Assembly: GCA_973851085.1 (NCBI GenBank)
Contig: OZ316775.1
Location: 1,426,001-1,490,000 of the forward strand
From: Ptychomitrium polyphyllum
Taxonomy: Eukaryota
Length of the DNA stretch: 64,000 nt
Reading direction: 5' to 3'
Of the stretch, positions 25,659 through 37,500 are shown in pieces. The first letter of the stretch is position 1. Every line of letters starts with the position of its first letter. The notes under the pieces were generated by a model. It was not told where the DNA came from. It did no database searches and saw only the letters and a list, made by a program, of their open reading frames with translations. The position numbers were made by a program, and so were the translations under genes.

Positions 25659-28406
25659 CCGCATCAAGAGAGGCCAAAACTCAAAACTATGACTTTTCCT
25701 AAAGCGATTGCACTCACTGAAAATCTGAGAAAAGATCCGACCGCATATAAAATGGAAAACCCACACAAAAGAAGTGATCCAGAGCACAGGCAGGGCCCGG
25801 TCTCCCCAAGATGAGATAACTTCACTTGAAAGTAAGGTTTCACCTTTCTATGCACCCAAAGCCCAAGCTCCTCAGATTTACTCAAAACCCCGGAACTTCA
25901 TGATCTTCTCACATGATCTTCCATTACGGGCTCCTGATGACGACCCCTCTTGTCACCAACGACCGGCAATGGCGATCCCGCTGCACTGAAAGCACTTGTA
26001 AGTGGATAAGACGAAAAGGAACCCAAGCCACAACCTATTATTATCGGTGAAAATGAACCAAACTTCCTAAACTTGCGGACTACAGTAGACTTGGGATTTT
26101 TCGGAGAACATATTTTCTCCCTTCGTACTTTCCACAACCATAACATTCTACAGCAGTTGAAGGAACTAAACCTCACCTTGGAAAGTGGAAAGTCAACAAT
26201 GAATGGTAATGAGGGCATGTGGTAGAGAATGCACAAACACATGACTTGCCACGTGAGGTCTTTCATAGGAAATCATTTCTCAAGAAGCGATTGAACCTTT
26301 TGAAGAAAACTGGTAGTATGTGCACGCTGCAACTGATCACTTAAAACTTAAAAAGTAAGAGTTTGGAAGACCTGACATTCATAACTTTGAGCTGAATGAG
26401 TAACTGATGATCCTGAGCAAGTTTGAGAGGCTGGATGGATCAGATTACATTCTCTCAAGCCAGTGCCAGGGTGGCCCTCCATTGTTTTCTCCAAGCATCA
26501 TTCCTAGATGCAGTTACTGTTTTTTCCTAAACAATTACAGGGAACTTAAATGTCGCTAGGAAAGTGAAGTAAGTACATGTGTGGCAGGGAAGGAGTGAGC
26601 AATGACTTCTGCGACAAAGTGTGCATCTACAGTGATTTGCTACATAAGCCAAAGGAAAGCCCTTCCACAGGTTCAGGAATGTGATTCATGGCTCGCTTGC
26701 TACTTGCATCAAGAAATCGTCTGATCAACGCAGATGAGATGATCCGGAGGAAGAGAGTGCAGCATCGCCTGCATGAAATAATGGTTGCCAAGTGGCAGCC
26801 AGCAGCCAGCTGCCAGCAGCCGGTTATAAAACAATAGTGTTGGGAAGTGTGCGGCCCATACGGGGGGAAGGATAGTCAACTAATCAACTTCGCCGTCCAC
26901 TAGTGTAAGTTTTTTATGCCAATGAACCAACTGTTACGCGCTTTCCAAGCTTGTAGTACATTTGGATAGACCTTCTGTGCAGTGCAAAGAGCTTGTTTGT
27001 TTAGAGGGTGCATTAGTATGTTTGAACTAACGTTTTATAATAGTAGTTGGACTGTCCCTCGAATCTGCATATTAGAAATGATCAAGTGTAGCATGAGCCT
27101 GTAATGACCATGTATTCAAATATATTAGCCAACTTTGCTTTATCCCTTCCTTAGGAATTAGGCCTTCTTGTGCTATTTTGGCTACAATCAACATCAAATG
27201 ATTTTCCTGGCAAGCTCATGCAACAAAAGAATAGGAGAAAACATAAAATTTACATACATGCATTGAGTGCATACAAAGTTGTTGACTTTTGTATGATTAC
27301 TTATTACTATCTCCAATTTGCACTTGAATTACGTCAACTTCCCTAGTTGAAAGTAGAATGGTTTTTCTATGGATTCTCATGCATAGAATTTAAACATGTT
27401 TTTTGGAAAAGTATAGATTAATTATGCATATTGAAAGGTTCATGCTAATATAGCTTGATGTACACCATTAAAGTGGCCTATATACATCATTTAGGTGGAC
27501 AAAGAATACCACAAAAAAGGAATATTATGAATATAAATCAATGTAATCGAAGACAACTAAAACAATATATTTTACAAGTAATTAATTTCATTTGAATTAT
27601 TAGCCTTTTGTCATAACAAAAATTCTACACAAAAAACAAAACAAATAAAAAATAAACAATGACCATGATATTATAATTAGAATAAAACCAATTTCTTTTA
27701 AAGTTAATCATATGAAAATAAACTCAGTAGAAGATGAAGAAACTAAAAATTCTTTACAATTTACTATAAATTGGTAGCAAATTTTGATTTTGATTTTACA
27801 AATTTCAGTTTTAAAAAAAAAAATATTTAAAAAATATGTCCTTCAAAGTCTATTTTATTCTTCCAAAACAAATTCAAAAAATGTATATAAATTTTATAAT
27901 TTGGTTTAAAAAAATTTCATTTCTAATTTTTAAATGAAATACAATAGATTTAAATAGAGACTTTTTACAAAATCGATACTTCTTCTAATGTTTAAAGTTC
28001 ATGTGCAAAATCTAAGGTTGTTCATTTCCAAAAAAAATTCAAAAGATTGATGGAAATTCAAAAAGAAATTCATTCATAAAGGTCCGTTTGAGTAGATTTG
28101 AATTGCATTGGCAATCTGTCAAGTTTCTTTATATCAAACTAGTAGTTTGTTTAAATTTAGATGCATTTGGAATTAGCTTCTTTTGGATCCAATAATTGCC
28201 AACTAAATAACAAATAGAAGGATTTCTTTGTCTACTTAAGATTTAAGTCAGTTCTAAAATACATCATTTAAAAGAAATTACCTTACATTGGATCTTTGAT
28301 AAAATATAGAAGTCCAATTAAAATCTTAATATTAGAAGATTGTTTTTATTCAAACAACAAGTGTGTAGCATCAAGTAAATGTTTGAATATTAAACATCTT
28401 TAGAAA

Positions 28407-28426
28407 ATATATATATATATATATAT
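28407..28426. repeat. (AT)n microsatellite
   Basis: Run of about 10 AT dinucleotides in AT-rich intergenic DNA. Confidence 0.85.
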
Positions 28427-29129
28427 TGAAAAAAGTTACAAATATAATATTAATATTTAATAATATAAATAGAATCAATGTTGTATTTAAAAGTTTAAGG
28501 TAACTTGTAAAAATATCTTATAGTTTTAGTTAAAAGAATTAGAGGAGTTATGAAATAGGATCCTTTTAATTTTAGCTAATTCATAACTATTTTGATGGTT
28601 TTTGTCTTGAATCTTCAATACTTGAATATTCCTAGAGCTTATTTTTTTTTGAATACAATCTATGATTCCTAATTTATTTTATATAAAAGACTTTTCTACC
28701 AAGTCTAAAACTTTTAGTGAATTCTAAGTTGCAAATTCATAAGAAAATGCTTTCAATTCAATGGAATTATAGCTTCAAATTTTGAGTACTACCATCAATT
28801 GATCATTTGTCCTACAATCAATAATTTAAGCAATTCAAGGTATTTCCAACAACAATATTTTTGGATAAAAGTTATTTTTCCTTGTAAAAAGAAAGGTTCC
28901 ATAAAGAATGCATATCTATTTACATAATTCTTTTCTATAGTGAAATCAAAACACCAATCCAAAGTAAAAAGTACTTTGTGATCCAATATATTCATGTTGA
29001 TTCTCTAACACCCGAAATATGTAATACTTATTTCCATGCATGATGATATTGTAAACCACCACCTACTTTCTCCAAATGCTAAGCAAACCATTGATTTACT
29101 TACTTGCTAAGAAATAGTGCATTGTAGCG

Positions 29130-29962
29130 GTTTGGGATCTTGCAATTGGTGGCTCCAAGCAAAGTCTACAATGCAGTTATGGGAGGAAGGTATGGTTTCA
29201 AGGACAGACGATCTTAGAGAAGTTGATGACCCATACATTGTTCCCAATGGACTGCAACATGGAGGCGGAAAGAAAAGATGTGAAAACCACAGGAACTTGA
29301 GACCAAAAACAGATAGTGTGATAATGTTTGTAATTATCCATTGAGCACATTGCCATCGCCTTCGTAAGGGCAGCTGAGGCTACCAAGCATCTGAAGAGCT
29401 ATATTCATGCAAGATCACCCAATGGGCACGAGTGGCAAGGCATGCTTTCTCTGTCGACTGCGTGTTTCGATGTAGTTTCGACTCATTGCCATGTTTCTGA
29501 TCTCGCCTTTTGCCTACTCTGGTAGCGAGAATGTTCGAGGAGATCTAGTAAATTCAGTTTTGGATATTCGGTTCAACAGCTTCAGCCACTGGGTTCGAAT
29601 TAAACATCTTACAAATTATATATCTTGTTCATTTCAACTCGTGTGATTGTTGCCACACCCTCCTTATAGCCTGGGGGTGTTTACTGACTTCCAGATGTGG
29701 ATGATTGTGGGCAAAGATCAATTGGAGTATCTGCCAAGTTCGAGATCAGTGCCACATTCAAAAATCTAGAGGGCATCATTTGTGTTACAGATGGCGCTAT
29801 GGTGGCTCGAGGTGATTTGGGCGCTCAAATTCCTTTGGATCAAGTGCCTCCTGTTCAGCAGGCGATTGTGAATTTATCCAGGGAACTTCACAAGCCAGTC
29901 ATTGTAGCTTCAAAGCTTCTGGAGTCTATGATTTAATTCCCCACACCTATCCCTGCGGAGGT
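29130..29962 (+). pseudogene. Plastid pyruvate kinase alpha-subunit (PKp1-type) internal gene fragment
   Basis: EHIAIAFVRAAEATKHLKSYIHARS (29343-29417) and [67 protein letters not shown]|gt match recalled PKp-alpha. In-frame TAA where Glu is expected; no N- or C-terminal exons recognised. Confidence 0.88.
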
Positions 29963-30435
29963 TAGAAGCAAAGGTTCATAAGGTTACACCACGTAGTGCT
30001 GTAATTAGAACGGTATGGTGCATGTTTTAAAGTGTGCTACTCGACCTGTTTATTTCACTCAAAAATGAGTAGGCGGCTGAGTACTTGAAAATGTAAACTC
30101 TACTGGTGCGAGTTCACCTCAACTACATATCGAGCTCCTTCAGCTCAAAATCTCTCGAACACCTCAGCACTGATGCTTAACTAAGAATATCCAGTCTTCG
30201 TTACAATAACATTCCTAGAAGCAGACAGCAGATCCGCTTGTGTAGCCTCTGGAACCATGTCGGCACACGATGTATGGAGGATGGATCCAGTGCCAGCAAA
30301 ACCTACCTCTAACCAACTTCGATCCTACACAATATTGCCAGCAATATTTATCAGCTGGAATGGTGTTTAGTACTGCCTTGGTTATCAGCAGCACCGCAGT
30401 GTTTTGCACTATCTGCAAAAATACTACATGGTAGT

Positions 30436-31029
30436 CTAGATTTCAAGGGTACAGAAGTTGTTGATGAGATTCTCATCAATAAACTCGTCCACGGTCTTTG
30501 CGCGACTTAAATTGGCCTGCAATAAGGCAAAGTTGTCGTCCTGGAAGGATTGGGTACGTCGCTGTTTGAGTCTCTCACGGCCTCTGATTTCGTCCTCTGC
30601 CGATGGATCTCCATCTTCGCGTTTCCGTCTGCCGGCAGACCTTGCACCATTGCTGGAATGGTAATGATGACATGGAGAATGGTCACGAGATTCGGTTCCA
30701 GTGATCACAGGATGGTCAGCCTGAGATTTGTAGCCACGGCTTAGATCGTGCCTGTTTGAGTCGAAGGTGCAACAGGCGATCATGCTGTTCGAGTTGGATC
30801 CATATTGGTAGATATGGAGGTCTTCGAATATGTCGAAGATTGGCAGACATGCTGCTTGTTCTTGTCGGTGTTGACTTTGCTGCCGGATTAAGAAGGACGT
30901 GCTGTTGAAGGGCGTCTGCGGCGTTGGTGTAATATCCATCTCAACCCTGTCTGTAATCACGTTAGGGCGGCTTGACGAGCTTCTCTTCAGGCTCGTCTCG
31001 AGTGACATTGATCCTGTTTGGAGGCCCAT
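30436..31029 (-). CDS. Intronless 197-aa ORF, PRLI-interacting factor A-like, with a HEXIM-like PFNSTSFL motif; possibly decaying
   Basis: Motifs TPFNSTSFLIR, YGS and IDENL occur in the order recalled for plant PRLI-interacting factor A (APRNTTSFIIR..YGSM..LEEENL). The ORF stops just after ENL instead of continuing into a long coiled coil. Confidence 0.5.
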   Translation of the reverse strand: MGLQTGSMSLETSLKRSSSSRPNVITDRVEMDITPTPQTPFNSTSFLIRQQSQHRQEQAACLPIFDIFEDLHIYQYGSNSNSMIACCTFDSNRHDLSRGYKSQADHPVITGTESRDHSPCHHYHSSNGARSAGRRKREDGDPSAEDEIRGRERLKQRRTQSFQDDNFALLQANLSRAKTVDEFIDENLINNFCTLEI

Positions 31030-31319
31030 TTCGGACGCTCACTCGTCTTGTAACTGTGCACACAATGCAACAAAGTTTTAGGATGAGAGGCAATAAGCAA
31101 AAAGTAAATGACTCACAGCCGGAGTAGATAATTGTGCACACACGCACGGTCCTAATCACGATGTTGTCATTCTATATTACAGGGAACGCCCGAGCATATC
31201 ATTTTTTGCCAAAGCCCTCTGTACATCGCGTTTCAAAGGAGCCAAACACGATGCCAGTGACGCTATTAACCAATCCTCAAAATTTTAAAATGCGAAACAC
31301 TGAATTCAATTGCGTCTTC

Positions 31320-32368
31320 CTTGCTTCTGCTGCAAAGCCAACTGTCCACCACCCGCGAAGTCGTCCTCTCCTCAAGAAGTTCTAAGAACCCTTGAATTCT
31401 AAAGTACAGCAGCATGCAATCAAGTCAAGGGGAGGAATAAACGAGGCCATGGAATTTTTTTCACCGAACAGCAAGGGACATCGGGCACACACGTGCAGAT
31501 ATTCCCTAAGACCAGTGTACGTTGTATTTCAAAGACCCAAATACGAGCTAGCCAACCTACCAAAATATATCCAACTCTCTAGCTTTCAAAACTTGAACAA
31601 CAGAATTCACATTTGATCGCCGAAAACCAATCCGCACGAATAATTAAACCCCTACCTTCCTTGTGCTGCGTCCTTCATAAAAGCACCCAGGATGTATCCA
31701 AGTTCACCTTCCCAAGAGTCATCGAAGAGCATATTAGAATGGTGGCATTTGCAGTACCTCTTGCGTTAGTCAGCTTGCTTCGAGCAGGCACTTTTCTTCC
31801 AACTCTTGTATCTGCTGCAGGACCAACGCTCCCACTGTCCGCTACCCCGGAAGTCGTCCTCTGCTCAAGATATCAAATAAAACTCGTGAATTCTCGAATA
31901 AGGCAACAAGCAAGTCCAAGGCAGCCACAAACGAGGCTCAAACACAGCCTGGCTAACAGTCTACACCGCACAGAAAAAGACATCAAGCACAAGCGTACAG
32001 TTGTTCCTGAAGCATAGTTTCTATGCATTCGAAGACCAAGTACGAGCAACCACGCTGTGACAACCTTTCCATGGTTTCCAAGACCTGCAACACCTAATTA
32101 TCCATTATCGATCGTTCAAACTACTTTGCATTGGAAATCATTCCCCTACCATCCTCCTACTATATCCATCCTTCACAAACGCAGGCAGAGTTTCAATTTC
32201 TCCTCATGTAGCCCAAGTTCACCGTCCCAAGAATCAATACAGGATAGATTGGTGGCCAAACCAGTACCTCCGCCGTCAAGGCGCAGCTTGTTTCCGAGCT
32301 GATCGACACCTCTCTTCCAGCTCACGCACTTGCAACGCTAACGCTCTCACTGTCCGCCACCCTCAAGG
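31320..32368 (-). repeat. Diverged triplicated element (~500-bp period) upstream of the 30436-31029 ORF
   Basis: Copies at ~31320-31377 (partial), ~31650-31870 and ~32143-32368 share blocks such as caagttcacc(t/g)tcccaaga, cagtacctc, cagcttg, tcttcca(a/g)ctc and actgtcc(a/g)c(c/t)accc. Confidence 0.8.
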
Positions 32369-33595
32369 ATCGTAATCACCCTTCCCAAGGACTGCAACAG
32401 CATGCAGAGACTGCCGAGGAGCAACAAACGAGCTGCGCGCTCTGTGATCTGGTTTTCACATACCCAAAGACCGTTACTGGACCTAAAAAGCGACAGCGTC
32501 TAAAGGCATCAAGTTCATTTCTTACGGTGGAGTCTTTGCATTAAAGAGCTGCAGGTACGTGACAATTCAGCTTCGTAACCCAAGATATACAACGGTGAAC
32601 TTCTTGTTTGAGGTGGAAGTGGAGGTGGTGTTTTTTTTGTCCTCTTTTTAGCCTTAAAGATTGTAGGGTAGAATATGAAAATGTAAGGAAGCATCAAAGA
32701 ACGGCAAGTCTTGTAAATTCATCTTGTGATGGTATATTTTGGAGATTTGACATTCTTGAAGATAGGTTGAAGATAATTGCATGTTATTTGACCAGATATT
32801 GGGTTGTGTTTAGCTATTAAGGGATTTTTAACCTATTCACAAAATTCAAATTTAGCCATTCTTTTTCCAAGTTATTTTCATCCACCTTTTTTTCTAACAA
32901 AAACCACTACTTTATCATTATTTCACATTCCGTTGTCTTTACATGTTGTTCTAGAATAATGGTTATGTCAAACCAGTGGAAGCCAAGAACAAATTGCAAT
33001 CCTATCACTTGAAACAATCAATTTTCCCATGGACACAAGGAAAATCTGGTATATGTCACCAAATGAAGTTGCCATGTAAGGTGACAAATTTGTAAAGAAA
33101 TGGGAAGTGAATGGGACCAGGATATGCATTGGTTTCAGATCTTCTCAACCGGACAAACTGTGTCATGGTTGGTGTGCCTTCCCTAATACCTCCTTCATGA
33201 TGCTATGAAAGGCGTTGGTGAGAACAGTGTTGAGAATCATCAACAATTCAAGAAACCCCAAATCCCATACAACTTGTGTAACCCAACGTAGACAAGGAAA
33301 ATATTGATGAACTCAAATCCAGTAAATAAAAACAAAAACTTAGCATTAAAGTATGAGGAGCTGATATTACTGTCGCTGTTGATTCGCGCAAGCAGTGAGT
33401 GTACCTGGCAGAGGTCAAAGGGCAATAGCCAAGGGACATCTGTCGATGGTCTGAAGCGGGCCTATGACTCGGATGTAGCTCCACTTCTATTCCTAAAACC
33501 CAAAAACAAGGAGTGTAGGATAAAAAGACCTGTACACAACTTCACGAAGTGTAACACCTCCGAATGAAGCCACCAAGACTTCATCATGGCCTCGT

Positions 33596-33668
33596 CGATC
33601 ATGCTGGGGATCGAACCCAGAATCTCTTGCTCCGTAGGCAAGCGCCTTATCCATTGGGCCACACGGTA
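33596..33668 (-). tRNA. trnR-ACG: tRNA-Arg(ACG), with two acceptor-stem mismatches (possible pseudo-tRNA)
   Basis: 73 nt: TACCGTG TG GCCC AATGGATA AGGC G CTTGC CT ACG GA GCAAG AGATT CTGGG TTCGATC CCCAG CATGATC G. A and B boxes, anticodon arm and T arm are intact; T1:C72 and C3:A70 are mismatched. Confidence 0.88.
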
Positions 33669-33972
33669 CAAAACCAAACAACTGGAAAACAATAAAGTGA
33701 TATTATAAATATTTCTAATAAAAAATTCTAAGACTAGGAACGTCAAAGTTGGGGAACTCGCAACCTGATGCTTGGGATCTCGAGGCTGCCGAGGCGGTGC
33801 GTCTGGGCGATCCTCTAAAGGGCAATGACCGTTACGCCTTCATTCGTGGGCCGAGGCTACCAACCGTCCGCTATTCCACTTGGCGAGACACCTGCCTGAT
33901 ACCCGGGGTGCTCACATCAGTATCGCAGTAGTATAACCTTAGCATCATCGTGGTATGGGGTCCGAAGTGGAC

Positions 33973-34111
33973 GTTGTGGTTGTTTGTGCTTGTGGTTGTT
34001 TGTGTTTGTGGTTGTTTGTGCTTGTGGTTGTTGTTTGTTGCTGCCATGGTGGTGGTTCCCCTCCGATGTCATCTCTTCTTGTCCCTTTCTCCCAATCTCT
34101 CTCTCTCTCTC
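33973..34111 (+). repeat. TG/TTG-rich low-complexity tract and (CT)n microsatellite in the leader of the LRR gene
   Basis: gttgtttgtg(c/t)ttgtg units repeated at 33973-34040; ctctctctct at 34097-34112. Confidence 0.75.
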
Positions 34112-34527
34112 TAGAGCTTCGGGGCGTGGAGTTTTGGTTATGCATGCAATCTTCACATACTTGATCCATCGCCAGACGATTGCATCGTGCATTCTATTGC
34201 CAATCATGTGTGAGTGCGTCTTCTGAAGGATTTGTGAGGGTTGTTAGTTGTGAGACTTGCATCATGGAATGGACGGGATTGGCATGGCGAGAGTCTTTTA
34301 TGCTTTGCGACTGCCAGCGAGGCTTGCACAAATGTGGCTGACTGGATGAGTGCTTTTGTTATGGGTTTTGGGGCTGTTGTTTGACAGCCAGAGAGAGCAT
34401 TGTCGAGAGAATCGGGATTTCGTGCTCAAGATTGCCAGGTACGCCCCTCCAACTTGCTTGGTTAATTTGATCGTATTTTCGATTTAACAGGTGTTCGTCT
34501 TGGGCTGTGAGTTTGATGATACAGATT

Positions 34528-37500
34528 ATGGTGGAAGAATGGAAAGAATGCATTCGATGTTGCGAAATATATAACCGAGGAAATGCGTACATGAAGGATT
34601 TCGTTTAATAATTTTGCAGCTGAAGGGATCCAACTGCGTTGGACTGTTACAAGGACTGAACATGGAGAAGGGAGATTGTCAGGAAGGCCCCGTCTCTGCA
34701 TAAGTTAGTATGGAGCGCCAGATCTCTCATCGACATGCAAGCAGCAGTAGCAGTGGAATCCATGTTCTTGCAATGCAGAAGCCTCGCAAAGTGCTCACGC
34801 ATCCTCTTCCAAATAGTGCATGCCTCCAGGTATCTTGCAAGTCCTACTCGTCAACAAAGTGGAAACACATTTACACGAATTAGTGTTGGACGTCATTACT
34901 CGACCCTTGGTTATTAGCTTTTTGGGTTCTGTTAGTTTGTCTTCATTCATCCAGGTCCGTCTGGGTCTCTGGGTCCCTGTTCGGTATGATGTTCAGGCCA
35001 CTGACCCTCACTTTGAGCTTTTGGGTTCCCACAATGAGGTTTGCGCGTAAGTTAGTGATTAGTTTACTCGTTGGCGTTAGAATTACCCCTCTGATTTTTT
35101 CGGGAGCTTTTGGTAGAACAAGACATTTGTGTCTTTAAAGGCTTTAAACGTATTACCATATATTTGCAGAGGGATCTGATGAGCATGTCGTTTCCGGATC
35201 TGCACAAAGTAGCCAAGCAGCTCAAGCATGCTGGAGTTATTACAACCTTACGGCTGTTCGTTTCTTTAAACGAACAACACACTGGTATCCCCTTTTCTCT
35301 GAACTTCACGTATGCTTTTTGTGAAGTTTCTGTCTCGAATGCCTCTTCTTCACTCGAGCCCTAATTTCACGTTGTTGTTTGCAGACATAGAATGCAATAA
35401 TAATTCATCTTGAGTTGGTAATCTACCCTATTTAGAATTAGGGCGAGTTTCTTAAGCAATGCTATTGACAAGAAATATTTTTATTCTTGGATGACAGTGA
35501 ACCAACGCTTCAGCTCATTGGATCGCAGGACTACAGATGCCGTCTTTGATTTCACCAGGTTTTGAGCTCTTTTAAGCATCTTCATTTCTTTCAGTGGCTT
35601 AGGTTTGACAAAATCTCTAGGGTAGCTTTCATGGGATTGCTTCTTGCCAGCTGATAGGAGAGGCCTTCTAAAATTATTCAAAAAATTAGCGTTATGGTTA
35701 GTTCTCGCTTGTTGAATCTAACCGAGGCTTGACTACAAGCTGGATGTTGCTTGCATACTAAGTGCTCACAAAACTTCGTAGTAGGTGTTGTGAATGGCTA
35801 GGGCTTTGTCTCGTGCGATTGAAGGATGGATGCACGATGTGGAAATAGGACTGAGCCTATGGAATCGGGACCTCAAAGTTCTGTCTGAAGCTTTTGGTAG
35901 ACTTGCTTAACTTTTGTCATCTCAGATTTTCGGCTGCTTTGTGTCAACCTTGAACTCAATTCTATCTGTTTATCATCATGTGGATACATACAAGTAGATA
36001 TGTATTTTCATGAGGTTATAAGTGATATACTTGGAGAGTTTTGTCAATGCGAGTTTCAGTTTGCAGTGCGTCTACGTTCTTTGCTTATGTGCTTATGTGC
36101 TTATGTGTTCACTATTCCTAAAGCAATGCTTGCAGGTTTTTCGAAAACACTTCGTCGACTTTCATTTGCCAACAGTGGACTAGGAGATGCCAGGCTCGAG
36201 ATATTGGTATCTATTGTACATGTTTCATAGATGTATAGTGGAAATGGTCGCCTCAGTATCTTGGAAATTTCTGAGCACATCTGTTCACCGTCTTGGAAAT
36301 ATCTTTGGGCATCTCTGCATGATTGGTGAACGAACAACGTGCTCGGTTTTAATTTCTTTCTTGGGATTTGTGCAGACTGGAGGTCTTCGGGATTGCATGT
36401 CTCTGCAGACTTTGGACTTGTCAGGATGTGCACTTACAGATGCATCTGTTCGCTGCATTACAGTCATCGTTAAGGTTATTAGCTCGCGAAGTTCTTACCA
36501 TTGGGCGTAGTGCTTTTTAATATAAACATTGCACGGCGGGGTGGAAACTTGACTTGATAGGCACATTGGCATTCATCCACTGTTGCCTACGGTTCTAAAT
36601 TGCTAGGCAACCATCTAAGCTCTTGGATACACTACATGTATCGGGAAATTTTACACGCTCCAGCAAATTCTTCTAGAAGTGGGCTAAGTTTTCCTTTGCC
36701 TGAGTATTTCTCACCTTTGTGGTGGAACTAGGGGCAAGACCTCTGGGCGGATACCCTGTCAACCGAACCCCTAAATTCGTTGACAATTCTGCACAGAACC
36801 TCCAAATCTGGTGAACATTAGCGGCAGAACCTCTGCCGCAAAGGGCTATGGTTGCGCATTGTGCGTTCTCCAGAGGTTTGCACTTCCGACCTAAAGATGA
36901 CCAGGACTTGTGATTTTCAGCACCGTATGTTGATCCTTTTAAATATTGCATCCGTGCATAAAAATAGTGTTCAAATTTCATGAACATTAATTCCTGTGGG
37001 CAGTAAGGTAACCACATAAAACATCAGCAACCACGTATGTTTCCTTCAGGTTCTTCTGTATATGAATTAGTCTAGTTACACAGTTGAGCTGTTACGGGAC
37101 GTCAAGGGGAATTGATTATTTACGTGTTTTCTGAAAGTGTTATGGAAGGTTGGGCTCCTTTCATTTTGGCTTCGATTTCTTTTTTTTCAGTATCATATTA
37201 CTATCATACCAGGTGGGAAAGATTTAAGGCGGAAAAAATGCTCACCACAACGACAAGAAAGTGTCTGCTACATGTTTCTCAAAGCTGCGCGATTAGATAG
37301 TGAACTAAGTGCTATACTAGCACTTGTCTGATTCTTGAGTTCGGTGAACTTGCAATCTACATATAGGTCCTCTCATGTTGAGCTTAATGCAACCTGGCTG
37401 TGCAGAGTGCTGTCACCCGGAAGGCAGAAATGGAATGGAAAGCAAGCTTACGAGAGCCAATGACTCGCAGAAGTAGCCAAGACAACCATCTTGCAAATAA

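Noticed and set aside
25468..25787. Poly-Gln / poly-Cys ORFs
   Set aside because: Artefacts of the (CAA)n and (CT)n microsatellites.
26405..26472. Hairpin (ttgagag...ctctcaa) preceded by TGATGA, considered as snoRNA or miRNA
   Set aside because: No box D or H/ACA box in the right place, stem too short and interrupted, and no recognised miRNA.
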